Shown here: positions 1 to 12,829 of the stretch, in pieces
Numbering within the stretch: the stretch's first letter is position 1
Layout of the letters: every line of letters starts with the position of its first letter
Source of the DNA: the human T2T-CHM13v2.0 reference genome, Homo sapiens
Reading direction: 5' to 3' (one strand)
Assembly: GCF_009914755.1 (NCBI RefSeq)
Contig: NC_060936.1
Length of the DNA stretch: 64,000 bases
The notes under the pieces: model-generated
What the model was told of the DNA's origin: nothing
The model's database searches: none
The model's input: the letters and a program-made list of their open reading frames with translations, nothing else
Made by a program: the position numbers and the translations under genes

Positions 1-1545
1 GCTCCATCATCACGGTATCCAACTTCAAAATATACAACAATGCTATAGTAACCAAAACAGCATGGCACTCACTGAAAAACAGACACCTAAACAAATGGAA
101 CAAAATTGAGAACCCAGAAATAAATCTACATGTTTACAACCAACTGATTTTTGACAAAGATGACAAAAACATACATTGGGGAAAGGATTGTGTCTTCGAT
201 AAATGGTACTGATAAAACTAGATATCCCTATGTCAAAAAGTAAAACTAAGCCTATATTTCTTATCAAATACAAAAATCAATTCAAAATATGTTGAATATT
301 TAAATGTAATACCTGAAACTACAAACCTACTCCATGAAAACAGGTGAAATGCTTAAGGACATTGATCTGAGCAATTTTTTTTTATAAGATCTCAAAAGCA
401 TAGGCAACAAAAGCAAAAATAAACAGCATTATACCAAACTAAAAAGCTTCTGCACAGCACAGGAAAAAAAAGTTAGCAAAGTGAAGAGACACCTGCAGCA
501 TGGGAGAAAATATTTGCAATTTATTAGACACAGGATTATTATTCAGAATATATAAGGGACTCCAACAACTCAACAGCATAAATATTTTAAATTGACAATA
601 AAAAAAGTAATTTTTAAATTGACAAACTGAATAGACATTTCTCAAAAGAGTACATGCAAATGATCAATAAGGATATAAAAATGTTTATTTTTATATGCAA
701 ATCGAAACCACAGTGAAATGTTAGAATGGCTATTATCAAAAAGATTTAAAAAATAAACACTGGCAAGGATGCAGAGCAAAATAATCCCTTATACAGTATT
801 TGTGAGACTGCAAATTAGTACATTTATTATGGAAAACAGTATGGAGGCTCGCCATGAACTAAAAATAGGACTACTATATGATATAGCTATCTCACTAGTT
901 GGTATATATTTAAGGGAAAGGAAATCAGTATGTTGAAGAGCTATCTGCACTCCTATGTTTATTGCAGCACTATTCACATCATCCAAGAAATGGAATCAAT
1001 CTCAGAGTCCATCAACAGATAAATAGGTAAAGAAAATGTGGTATTTCATACAAGGAATGCTCTTCAGCCATAAACAAGAATAAAATTCTGTCATTCAAAG
1101 CAACATGTATGAGACTGGAGGACATTATGTTAAGTGAAATAAGACAGAAAGAGAAATACACACGTGATCATTGATATAAGTAAGCTCTTTTTCTCATAGA
1201 AGTAGGAAGAAAAATAATGGTTACTAGAGGCTAGAAAGTGTAGGGGGCAGGGAGGATAGGGAAAGGTTGATTACAAGAGACAAAAGTAGTTAGATAGGAA
1301 TAAGTTTTAGTGTTTCATAGCTCTTTAGATGGACTATAGTTGACAGTGATTTATTATGTATTTTCAAACAGCTAGAAGAGAGGATTTTGAATGTTTTCAA
1401 CACAAAAAGAAGATAAATGTTTTAGATGATGGATATGCTAATTATCTTGTTTTGATCATTACACATTGTATACATGTATCAAAATATCTGTGTACCATAT
1501 AATTATGTATGATTATTATATGTCAATTAAAAAACAAAACAAACT
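1..1545 (+). mobile_element. LINE-1 (L1MA-type) 3' portion: ORF2 C-terminus and 3' UTR
   Basis: Typical ORF2 3' sequence (AACCAAAACAGCATGG...AGAACCCAGAAATAAATC), L1MA-type 3' UTR (GCTAGAAGAGAGGATTTTGAATGTT...TATGTCAATTAAAAA) and A-rich tail; many stops and frameshifts. Confidence 0.92.
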
Positions 1546-2949
1546 GAGTGACAAAAATAAGTTATAATTTGGGCATCCTGATGATTCATAATGTGTTCAT
1601 TTCTGATGGAGAACTTACAAACCACTGAAAATACTTTCATATATTCTCTGGACTTACATGCCTATGAAGACGTATCTTAAAAGCTTACAATTTAAATTGG
1701 TGATCAAGTTTTCAACTATAAAAGTAATGTCTTAAAGAGACAAGGGGTCTTACAATAAAGGAAATAGGAACAAGACAAGATATAAGAAGTTGGATTACTG
1801 GATCAGAGTAAGAAAAAGGTAGCAAGTGGAAACTAGTAAAATTCTCTGAGCTCCTGGGCCTCTAGAGTACTATTAGTATTCTAGAAGGTAGGGACTTAGT
1901 AAGACCACTGTATGGGAAAGTGAAAGGAAATATCCTAGGTATTTTTGCCTTTTTTTCTTTTATCCCTTGCTTTTTAAATTTATCATAGACCTGATTACTT
2001 GTTGGAAAGGAATGGGTTTCCACAAATTAGTTTGTAAATTTTTTCACATGATTTATATTTTCATAAAAATCCACTGAGATTTTAATAATGCAAGTCTCCG
2101 TGTTTTCAAATAAAACAATCTGCAAGTTTGATTATGATAATTTTGTTTGTTGATTTTTTTGGGTAAATCAAACAGTCTACATAACATTCAGCATTCCAAT
2201 TACTCTCCTTTCACATTTTATAATCATTGCGTCTTTCAGGCACATAGCCATAGCCAGTGTCTCCTTTACTGGGGAAAGATCTCTGAATTCCCTGGAAGCT
2301 CTTCATTAGTGAAATTTTTAAAAGTACATGTTCTCATAACCGCTGCATTTTTCCTGTTGATTGGATTTCTTTTCCCCATTTGCCTCTGAAATACACTGGC
2401 ATGATCTGTTGTCTCAAGGCATATGGATTATGTACATATATGGAATGAGTATTTATATATCTTATTTTCTTTTTTATAAAATGATTCAAAGAGGCCACTT
2501 GCTTTTGTTCTTACAGAAGAACTTGGCTTTGATGGCTTATTGTCAATAGGTTAGATTTTTGGGAGAAAGTTAATTAGAGGGTAAAAGCAGTGTCCTTGGT
2601 CTTTGGTAGGAAATTAATTCTTCAAATAAACTAATATATACATATATATGTATATATATTATTCTTCAAATAAACTAATATGTACATATATACATATATT
2701 AGTTTATACATATATTTGAATTTTAAATATATGTATTTGAATTCATACATATATATACACACATATGAAATAAATATATATATTTCATTCCAGAAAAATG
2801 GTGACATTTTTACTGAATCATAGTAAATCAGATAATGTAATATCTGAGTTTTGTATTTCATATTCTTCATCAAAGATAAGAAATTCTTAAGAACAGGGAT
2901 AAGAGATTTAACAAAAGATGATGGAAGTGAGATACAAGATTGTTTCTCT

Positions 2950-3480
2950 AAAAATAACACATTATAAACTCATTAAAAATGAGAAGTTAAACTGTATAAT
3001 CATAGAGGTATTGATATATTTAGTGAATATCTCTCACTTGTATGCAATGTAGCCTAGGCTATTTTTGGGGAAGATTTTTGTCCTTCCAAATACTTGTTAA
3101 AAGAGAAACATGAAAAACGATGCAGCACTAAGACATAAAGGTAACAACTTTACAAAGAAGGATGAATCATTGCACATTCAACAATGGATCTCATCAAAAT
3201 TGTTCTTAGCATCACATACTTTACATTCAATGGTCAATCTATGTACAAACTAGTGACTGAGCTATGGGTTCCCCATCTCATTTATCACAGCAGAACTATA
3301 TCTTTCGCATTTCAAGAAAATTACAGAAAATAAAACTGCAATAAAACCAAAAAGCTGGAAACAGAGATGACACCCATGACAACATTTAAAAAAGGATACT
3401 AAAGATGTGCAGCCATCCGCTCAACTTACAATTAATACAAGACAAGATCGATGTCTGACTTTTCCTGGTGCAATATCTGG
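2950..3480 (+). mobile_element. Decayed Penelope-like element reverse transcriptase fragment (Penelope1_Vert-like fossil)
   Basis: Manual translation across frameshifts gives ordered PLE RT motifs: MDLIKIVLSITYFTFNGQ (3184), YVQTSD*AMGSP, ITAELYLSHFKK, KPKSWKQ, DDT (3366-3374), KDVQPSAQLTINTRQDRCLTF. Confidence 0.75.
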
Positions 3481-3954
3481 CTGAACCTGAAAGAGGACCC
3501 AATGGGAATGCACCAAAGATAGGAACAAATGCACGTTTAAATAGGTTATATTATTTATTTTAACTGATGTACACATCAGTATATCCATAGATTTCCCAGT
3601 GGCTCAACCTGAAATTCAGTGCAAATATGTACATAAGTAACATTTGTAAATCTGAACCATTGTTAAATCTGTGCTTTTGTTCTGAGCTAATACTATGCAT
3701 TTCTTTCAAGGTGCTTATTCTTGGCTATAATCACTCCTTATTTGAGATATTTCTATTATGCAGACTTGTCTTGAGTAGCTATTGGGACTAAAAACTTTAG
3801 ATTACATGTTTGTGTGTGTATATGAATGGGGGAGAAAAGGGACAAATAAAAACAGGGTGAAGAAGGATGCATACCAGGATAAATTCAAATCATATAGAAT
3901 GTCCTGATAATGCCCCTGAAACTAATCTGACCTCTACTCTGCAATCCTATTGTT

Positions 3955-4140
3955 CAGTGGTCTTCAAAATGGGGACACATGCCCCAGGGAACATGAGAAG
4001 AAAACTTTTAAGATTTATATTTGTATTTTAGCTTGTACTTTTCCAGTTTACATTTCATACAAATGTAATACTGTAAATAGTATAATTTTAAATTTAAATT
4101 TAAAATTAATACTAATTCATATATTGATAGCACATAATCA
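3955..4140. mobile_element. Possible old hAT-Charlie DNA transposon fragment
   Basis: Begins CAGTGGTCTTCAAAATGGGG, resembling the Charlie/MER5-type TIR; other end not identified. Confidence 0.3.
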
Positions 4141-5427
4141 AGTTTTTTTTTTTTTTTTTTTAGTTTGGGGATCATTGCTAGACTTTACCAACTGGCCTGT
4201 ATCTGACACTGTTCATAGCAGGAAAGTTGCAGAAAGACATAGGTTTCCTTCCAAGAAAACTTTCAGAGTTAACAAGTTGTTTTAGAAGAATGCATATGGA
4301 ATCAAAAATCAATGATATGCGCTTATCACTGATAAGGGCATACCAAACCTGCTTTGATTCCCTCTTGTTTATTTTTGAAGGCCTAGCTTCTAAATTTGTA
4401 GTACAGTCCTAAATTCTAACCTAAGGGATTCAAATTACATGTAACATTTTCTGTCAGAAATATTGGGATGAGTTATCAAATGATGATTATTAAAATAAAG
4501 ATGAGGTTAGTGAAAACAACTTTTTGGTCTCCTTTTTCTTAGGATGTCAGCATGAAGTATTAAGAGAAAAAAAACCTGGAATGACATATCTGTTTCCTAT
4601 GCATGTGAATTTGTTTTCATAAGGCATGTAACAGAAATGAACACTTTATAGCTCATTTGGAATTATATATAAAATAAAATTTATACAAAGAGAGAACAAA
4701 GCATGCTTATAAGATACACTTATGAGGCATATTAGTAAAAATTGTTAACTACAAAAAGAATGCAAACTTTCATTGGTTTTACTTTTACCTTAAACATTTA
4801 AAAGATGCTGTACATGAAAGAAGCTTACAGGAATCACTTATAGTGTAAAGAATACATAGGAAAGTTGCATTGAAATTCACAATAAAATATCAATATGTTT
4901 TTACATTCTCGCTTATTGGAAGACAAAATGTGAATGATATACTTGTACATATGCTCTGATTTGATGTCCATGTTTGTGTGTTTTAATGGCCTTTTATTAA
5001 TTAGTTTGCATATTTTTGAATTTTGCTTACCACACACCACCCACTTTGAGTGATTCTCCAGGAGAGAGGGCCATGCTTTTCTAGTCTGATTCATCTGAAT
5101 TACCTCTGAGATGTTCCTCTGCCACCTTCACAACCATTCATCAGCTTTGGCTTAAAATACTGGCTACAGTGAGCCATTTTTACTGATGGGCACACATTTT
5201 AGTGGGAAGAGGTCGAGAACTCCTGTGGAGCCAGCATGGCCAATTTTTATTTCAGTACATTTATTTCTATCAAACTTGGATAAGACGCTACCTCTTAACA
5301 TGTCTTTAGGCAGAATTTCAAGTAAAAATCTGCTCTCCTCTCAATTTTTGGTAGGATTCACACAAATATTTCCCTTTTTTAACTAAGTCAGTAATTGGCC
5401 CTACCCCCGCTCTTTGATTATCCTCTT

Positions 5428-6206
5428 TTATCAGTCAGGGTTCAATCAGAATACAGAAACCACACAATCCATTTGAACAGGGATCATTTAATATAAATAA
5501 CTATTAACTATAATGGCAAATTGTCTTTGAAGAAGAGAAGAAAACTCAGAAGACTACCCTGGGGAGAGTACCCAAGGAAAAGTCAACTTGGAAGGATGAC
5601 CCTTCCCAAACCTGGGATTTAGGCCTTGTTGGAGAAAGTATGGTTGCAGCCCACTGCACAACAGAGAAGTTTTCTATGTTGCCTGGATCCGAGCTGGTCC
5701 AAAATCACCAGGAAAGGTGGAAACACTTCTCTGGGGTGGAGGTAAGCCAAAGGCTGTCAGTCAGAGAAGTCAGCCAAGACAGGAAACACTTCTCCAGCGT
5801 GCAGGTGGACACAAAATTACAGTTGAAATTAGCAAGTAGGAAACACCCCTGCTGGTTGGTTTAGGCTACAACGCCAACAACTAGGGTGCCTGCAAGCCTC
5901 CCTGAGAATTTGCTTGCAGTGTTCTGTGGAAACTTGATGGGAAGGCATCCACGAGTCTGATCTCCACTGGATATATCTCATATGCATTGCTGACAGCTAC
6001 ACAGCAGGAGCAAGTACAAGCAAACCAAAGCATACCAGAATCAGAAGAGAAAACTGTTCTTGGTGTTTCTCTATACTCTACTAACAAAAGAAAACACAGT
6101 TTCAGCAACGAAGGAGAAATATTTAAAAGGTGCAGCTCGATTTTTGCAAAAACAGTGAATGAAGAGAGGATTTGAACCTGAGAGGCAATAAATGACAACT
6201 TGCACA
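5428..6206 (-). mobile_element. ERVL solo LTR, LTR33-like
   Basis: Reverse complement starts TGTGCAAGTTGTCATTTATTGCCTCTCAGGTTCAAATCC (LTR33-type 5' end); other end TCAGTCAGGGTTCAATCAG..CAGAAACCACAC is typical of this family. Confidence 0.7.
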
Positions 6207-6379
6207 TTTCTTTTAGTTTGGTTCATTACTATCAGTGTCTCCCTCCCTTCTTCTACTACCCACAATCTACGGTGAAGATTATCTTCCCCTCCCTCACCTA
6301 CAGCAACTAGCACATTTTTTTTCTATAAAGTGAGATATTATTTGTTATTAAAATAAGATTCCATACTCAACATAGCACT

Positions 6380-6615
6380 ATTAGTGTAAAGGCTAAAAGT
6401 ATGGAGTCTGGAGACCAACTATGAACATGCAAATCTTATCCCTGCCTCATTCTACTTATAGGACTGTGGGATAGTAATCTAAACTATCATTGTCTCGGTT
6501 TCCTCATTTGCATTTTGAAAACAATAATTCTACCCTTATTGTTTTGTGGTTTATATAAATGGAAAACATTAGACTAGTGCCTACAGCATAATATGTACAA
6601 TAATTACCATCAGTT
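6380..6615 (+). mobile_element. MIR SINE
   Basis: MIR core GTCTCGGTTTCCTCATTTGCA..., 3' part TAGTGCCTACAGCATAATA. Confidence 0.65.
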
Positions 6616-7493
6616 CATATTATTCTTCTTTCTCTTCTTCTATGATTCTCCCCCAACATCCAATAGTAAATACTGTTGAATAAATGAATAAAGATCTATA
6701 GATGCTCATACTTTTTTTTGAATCATACATTTAAGGAATGAATGAGAGGAATGAAGGAATTATTCTGGCTTTAGAAAATCCAGTTCATTCTACTGTAGCT
6801 ACTTCATACTTTGTCTTCATTCTTCAGTACATTAACCCCTAAATAGTTGTGTGAACAACCCAATAGTCCCAACCATTTTATTTGGATTGGAAGACATTGT
6901 TTAGTCTGAGATCACACATACCAACGACAACTAAACACAAGTTGGTTGTTCTTACCTTGATTCTATGATAGTGGTGATGAAGCAGGGGGTGGGGTAGGTA
7001 TGAAGAAGATAAATAATTTGCAATATATCTTAGACTTCATAGTTTGAATTAGATTGCCTGTAGTTCAAAATAAGTACAAAATATTCTTTCTTATATGAGG
7101 AGTCACTTCCTAGCTGATTCTCCTTATTTCTAATTTCTCACTTCTGTAGCTCCCCTTATAGGCAGCCACTTTCATTTGGTGCATTCACTTTTAATTATAA
7201 ATCACGATTCAGGTGGAAATATTTCCTCCTTACTTTTGTTCAGGAATATAATATTTTTTTTAAAAAAGGATATAAATAAAAGCAATCAGATTAATCATTT
7301 TTAAGCATTCTTTCCATTATGGCACAACCATATTTAGAGACATATAGGAATATCTTAGTCCCCATTTTACCTTTTATCTTGTATTCATTAATAAATCTTC
7401 ACTGCCCTGGTATTTTTACATATGTTCCTTCCTTTTTATGTTACCCTCATCTATACTAGACTACTACACTGTTCTTTATAAAACGTTTCCATA

Positions 7494-7955
7494 TGTAATG
7501 GGTTGAATAGTGATTTTAAAAAGTGGTTAAAATAGTGGTTAAAAAAAGTTCTAACTGCAGAGCTTTTTAATGGAACGTTCTTTGGAAAAAGGATCTTCAC
7601 AGGTGTAATTAGTGATCTTGAGATGCGATCATTTAGGGTGGGACCAAAATTCAATGACAGATGTCCTCAAAGTGAAAAAGCAGAGTGAGTATTGGAGAGA
7701 GAGAGACAGAGGGAAAGACAATGAGAAGACAGAGGCAAAGTTTCAAATTATATGTCTATAGCCAAGACATATAATTGCCTGCACCCACCAGAAGCTAGGA
7801 GAAGGGTGTGAACAGATTTCATTCATAGTCTCCAGAATGAACTGCCAACACCTTGATTTTGGAATTTTGGCTTTTAGAACTGGGATGGAATAAATTTGTT
7901 TTCCTAAGACACCAAATTTGCATATTTTGTTACAGCAGCCCAGGGAATTTAACAC
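7494..7955 (+). mobile_element. MaLR solo LTR, MLT1B/C-like
   Basis: TGTAATGGGTTGAATAGTG start; GATCTTGAGATGCGATCATTTAGGGTGGG; CACCACCAGAAGCTAGGAGAAG; TTTGTTACAGCAGCCCAGGGAA end. Confidence 0.85.
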
Positions 7956-7994
7956 CTCATTCTTCAAGAATAATTTTATATTTGTAAAAAGTAA

Positions 7995-8210
7995 TAGCAT
8001 AGAATCTGGAGCTGTACTGCTTGGATTCCATTTCTAACTTCACCACTTCCTAGATGTTTGGCTTTTTTGTACCTCAGTTTCACAGTCTGTAAAATGAGGT
8101 CTACAAGTATTAGCTACACATTAGACTATTGGGAAAATCAAATAAGTTACTATTTATAGTTGGCATATAATAAAACTATGCTTTATTTAATAAATAAATA
8201 AATAAATGGA
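7995..8210 (+). mobile_element. MIR SINE
   Basis: GTACCTCAGTTTCACAGTCTGTAAAATGAGG core. Confidence 0.65.
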
Positions 8211-8294
8211 TAGCCATAAAGTTGGGCTAAACTACCTAGTCCTTAGTGGCCTCCTTGTGAATTTCTAATACCTTCTCTATCTCTTACTTACTTT

Positions 8295-9440
8295 ACTTTT
8301 GAGTAAAGTTTAACATTAACATATAAAAGTGTTCAATTTATAAATGTCCAGCTAGATTAATTTTCACATCGGACACACAACTATGTATCCATGTAACCAG
8401 TTACTTGCTATTCACTACTCACTGAAAGAAACCAATCTTCTGACTTGTAGTACTGTAGATTAATTTTCCTATTTTCAAACCTAACATGAATAGAATCTCA
8501 CAGTATGCTGGGTTTTTTTTGTCTTGCTTCTTTTGTTTAACATCATGTTTGTGAGTTTCATTCATGTTGCTCATTCTCACTGAAGTACATGATATATCAC
8601 AGTTATTTAAATATATTAAAATGTTTTGGGGCGGGACGCTTGATTTTTTTTTCCAATTTTGGCTATTACTAATGCTACTGTCATAGGTATTTGTTTTCAT
8701 GCACTTGGGTGAGCAAATTTAATCAGTTTTGCTAGGCATACACTTAGAACTTCAATGTCACAAAATGTGGCCTATTTAGCTTTAATAAGTAATATACTTT
8801 GTCAAAGTAGTTGCAGAAATTTGTACTTCGCCGGTAATTTATGAAGCTTGCAATTGTTCTACATGTTCTCCAACACTTGCATTGCATCTACTTCTCATTT
8901 TATCATCTACCTTTCATTCCAATGCATGTTGAATTTATATTTTAATTTGCATTTCCCTAATGAATAACGAAGAGGTCCATATCTTCCTTGTTGACTTACA
9001 TGTTGATCTTTTGACTACTTTTCTAATGAGTTATGCTGTTTTTATGCTATTGCTTCGTTAGCATTGTTTATATATTCTGTATATTTTTGAGACATGAACA
9101 TTGCAATATCATCTCAGATCGCTTTGCCTTTTCACTCATTTAATTGTGGCTTTCTGTAAACAAATGTTTCTAATTTTAATGTAGTCCAATTTCTCATTTT
9201 TTCCCTTTGGAATAAACACTCTGTGCATTGCTAAGAAATTTTACCTGTGCAAAGATATTAAAGGTTTTCCTTTTGTGCTTTACTCCAGAAAACTTAATGT
9301 TTTATAATTCACATTTGACTGTAACATTTATCTGCAGTACTTTTTGTACATGATTTGAGGCAAGAGTCGAGTCTCATTTCTTATGAATAGACATGCAGCA
9401 AATATTTGAAAGATTATTCTTTTAAATCTGTAATTCAGTG
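8295..9440 (-). mobile_element. Old LINE-1 (L1MC/L1ME-type) 3' region
   Basis: Antisense L1 3' UTR/ORF2 phrases (TTTAATTTGCATTTCCCTAATG; TTCTAATTTTAATGTAGTCCAATTT). Confidence 0.75.
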
Positions 9441-9615
9441 TCAATTTAGAAAACCTCAAAACATCTTGTTTCTACAAATAGATGGTAAGCTTGAGAAGAG
9501 AATGGAAATGTTTTATTACTTTCTACTGAGTATATTATTAACACTTAATGATTGATGATTGAAACTGATCAGAGAAGGGTGATTTAGTACACACTGTTTA
9601 TTACATTAGTATCCG

Positions 9616-9917
9616 TTTTTTTTTTTTTTTTCTATTTTTGACACAGGGTGTCACTCTGTTGCCCAGGCTGGAGTACAGTGGCATATTCACAGCTCACTGA
9701 AGCCTCGACCTCCTAGGCTCAAGGGTCCTCCTATGTCAGCCTCTCAAGTAGCTGGGACTACAGATATGCACCACCATGCCTGTCTAATTTTTAATTTTTT
9801 GTGGAGATATAGTCTCACTATGTTGCCCAGGCTGATCTTGAACTCCTGGACTCTAGCAAGCCTTCTGCCTCGGCAGCCTAACGTGCTAGGATTACAGGCG
9901 CGAGCCACCATGGCTGG
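9616..9917 (-). mobile_element. Alu (AluJ-like)
   Basis: poly-T followed by ACAGGGTGTCACTCTGTTGCCCAGGCTGGAG...AGCCTCGACCTCCTAGGCTCAAG; dimeric structure. Confidence 0.93.
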
Positions 9918-10481
9918 CTGTTATCTTTTTAATTGAATATTCTGCTTGGAATAAACAAACATTTCTCTAATCTGGAAACACATTTTCTTATTCCACTTGG
10001 TTAAGTTGATACTTAGAACAACTCATATAATCCTATAACTAAAAAAATGTTCTTTAACTGAATTTATTATTACTTTTATTCTTTGTTGCTGGCTATCTAT
10101 TAAATTAGTCAAGCATTGATAATACTTGTATACAGAGCCTAGTATATACTAGGTACTTAAGAAAATCTTTTTAATGCATAAATAGAGGCAAACATACTGT
10201 TTTCTAGATGCTGCGCTCATAAAAAAGAAAGATAATGTGCCAAAAATCAAAACATAAGATGAGAGAAATATCTCTTAATACTCTAAGATATGTGCTAACT
10301 TATTTTATATCAACTTTGTATGTTTGTGCATATTCAAGTATGTATGTCTTCTATATATCTACTATGCAGTCCCTACATACATATTGATTGATAGGGGTGA
10401 CTTAACACAAAAGTTAGCATCTCTGCAGCTTGGGGATATATTTTCACCTGTCTATGTAGTGCAATAAAAATGTCATTTATT

Positions 10482-10856
<375 letters not shown>

Positions 10857-11019
10857 CTACTAAATAGCCTCCCTCTGAGATGGCTTCTACTTGTAAACTG
10901 TCACCATGATAAATTCTGAGGACATTCCTGACATACAGTGAAGTTGTTTACCAAAATTTGAGGTGGTACTTTAAAAACACATTACTGAAAAATTTGGTAA
11001 CATATAATCTAGCAGAAAT

Positions 11020-11125
11020 CATTCATTTCTTCACTCATTCATTCATTCATTCATTCCAGCACAGGGTTAGAAACTGAGGGTACACAATGATAAATGGCTC
11101 TGACGTGTTTCCTGCTCTCATATAT
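11020..11125 (-). mobile_element. L2 3' end fragment
   Basis: (CATT)n terminal repeat followed by L2-like ..TTCCTGCTCTCAT. Confidence 0.5.
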
Positions 11126-11422
11126 CACTCTCGCACGGAAAGGAAACTCATTTTGGTTTCTAAGTGACAAGGGAGAGGTAGGCTAATTCTAAGGTCAGGG
11201 ATGGTAGAGGAATACATATTTAGTTGAAGTTTACACCTTCAGGATGAAGATCCTTCCTCTCTCTCTCAAACATAATTTCTTTCCTTTAGTTCAAGTTGAG
11301 CCGACACTTACCTGTGGTGAATGCATACAAATACTAATAAAGTACAACTAGAGGTCTTTTTATTCAGCTTGTTGAATATGCATTGCCAAAACCCAAGTAC
11401 CATATAGAGTAAAATATAATAT

Positions 11423-11550
11423 CTTTGATATATAGCCCTTCATACTCAAGGTATCCCAAAGCACTTTACAGAGCAATGACTTAGATAATGTAGTGCAGTG
11501 ATTGTGTTGGCAAACTTTACTGTCATTACTAACTCAGCAATAGATCACAC
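11423..11550 (-). mobile_element. Ancient amniote SINE 3' tail (AmnSINE1/Deu-SINE-like)
   Basis: Reverse complement TGTAAAGTGCTTTGGGATACCTTGAGTATGAAGGGCTATATA resembles the recalled TGTAAAGCGCTTTGGGAT...GATGAAAGGCGCTATATA tail. Confidence 0.5.
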
Positions 11551-11929
11551 TTTAGCCTTGAACATTATAACCTGTTTGAGTGAGAGAAGCAAGTTAGCAA
11601 AAATTTTAAGCATTATATCCTGATAGATTTTTAAGCTGACTTCCTATATCGTGATTTTTTAAGTCTGATGCTGTACTTAACAACTATTGCTTTTGTCAAA
11701 ATTGTATCTATAAGATGATCCAGGTATTAGTGAAACCATTTCATTAGATTATCTAAAAAAGGGAAAATATTATGATCTAACTGAAATTTAGAATGCAATT
11801 TAAGTTTTATAGGTTTAAATCCATTTTTGGAATAAAATTTTCCTGTGTTTCACAGATAAAGTGAAGGAAGTTTGTACATTTTTGGTTTCTGTTGGGGATA
11901 TCAAGTGCTGAAAAGTATATGCTTATTAT

Positions 11930-12130
11930 AATATTTTATTTTATTAATATCTGTTACACACAGTTCTAGAAATGTATTTTACTTTCAATTTTCATAATAG
12001 CCCTGTAAGGTAGATATTATTACCTTCATCATACAGGTGAAGAAACTGGTGCAGAGAGATTAGGGATCTCACTCAAGGTCACACTATTAATAAGCATAAA
12101 AGTAGGTTTTAAACCCTGCTCTGTCTTGCA
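11930..12130 (-). mobile_element. MIR SINE
   Basis: CCCTGTAAGGTAGATATTATTACC..ACAGGTGAAGAAACTG..CAAGGTCACAC. Confidence 0.75.
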
Positions 12131-12829
12131 CCAAAAAGGAGCAAAAAAAGTATAAACCTTCCTCTCCATCAAGCCTTCTATGAAGTGTAAAGACAAGGAA
12201 TGTGTTGATTATGTTTCTCTTAAAATTGGAATTTGAAAGTAGTTTGACAGTAATGCAAATATGTCTAAGTTAAGATTATACCTCAGATATAAAACATAAA
12301 ACTCTAAAGAAGACCTTGTTGCAGTAAAAAAATTTACTTTTACAAATAAAACTATTTTAAAGCTTCAAAAATAATTTCAGCTACCTCCAATGTCCAGAAG
12401 CAGTCTCTACCTACTTACCCTAAAGGCAGACTTCTTTAACTGGATGTTAATCAATGGGAGGCTAGAGGCAATGGCTAAGTGTTGTCTTGTCATTGTTATC
12501 TGACTTTATGTAGTATTTGGTCATGAAAATAAGATTATAAACTTAAATATTATTCATTGCCTATTACATATAAGATTCTAAGCCATGGACTGTGGAATTA
12601 CAAATGTGAACTAAATAGAGATACTGCACTCAAGAAGCTCACATTCTAGCCTATTTGTACATACATTTCAAAATGTTGGAATTAATCAATAAGAAGAAAG
12701 AACAAAGGAAAAAGTACTGAGACTGCAAACAATGAAAGACTTCCCGGAGTGAAATCAGGGAAGACTAATAATTAGAAGGTATATTAGCTGAACGAGTGTC
12801 CGAGTACAATGTGCACTCAGAGCAAGCAT

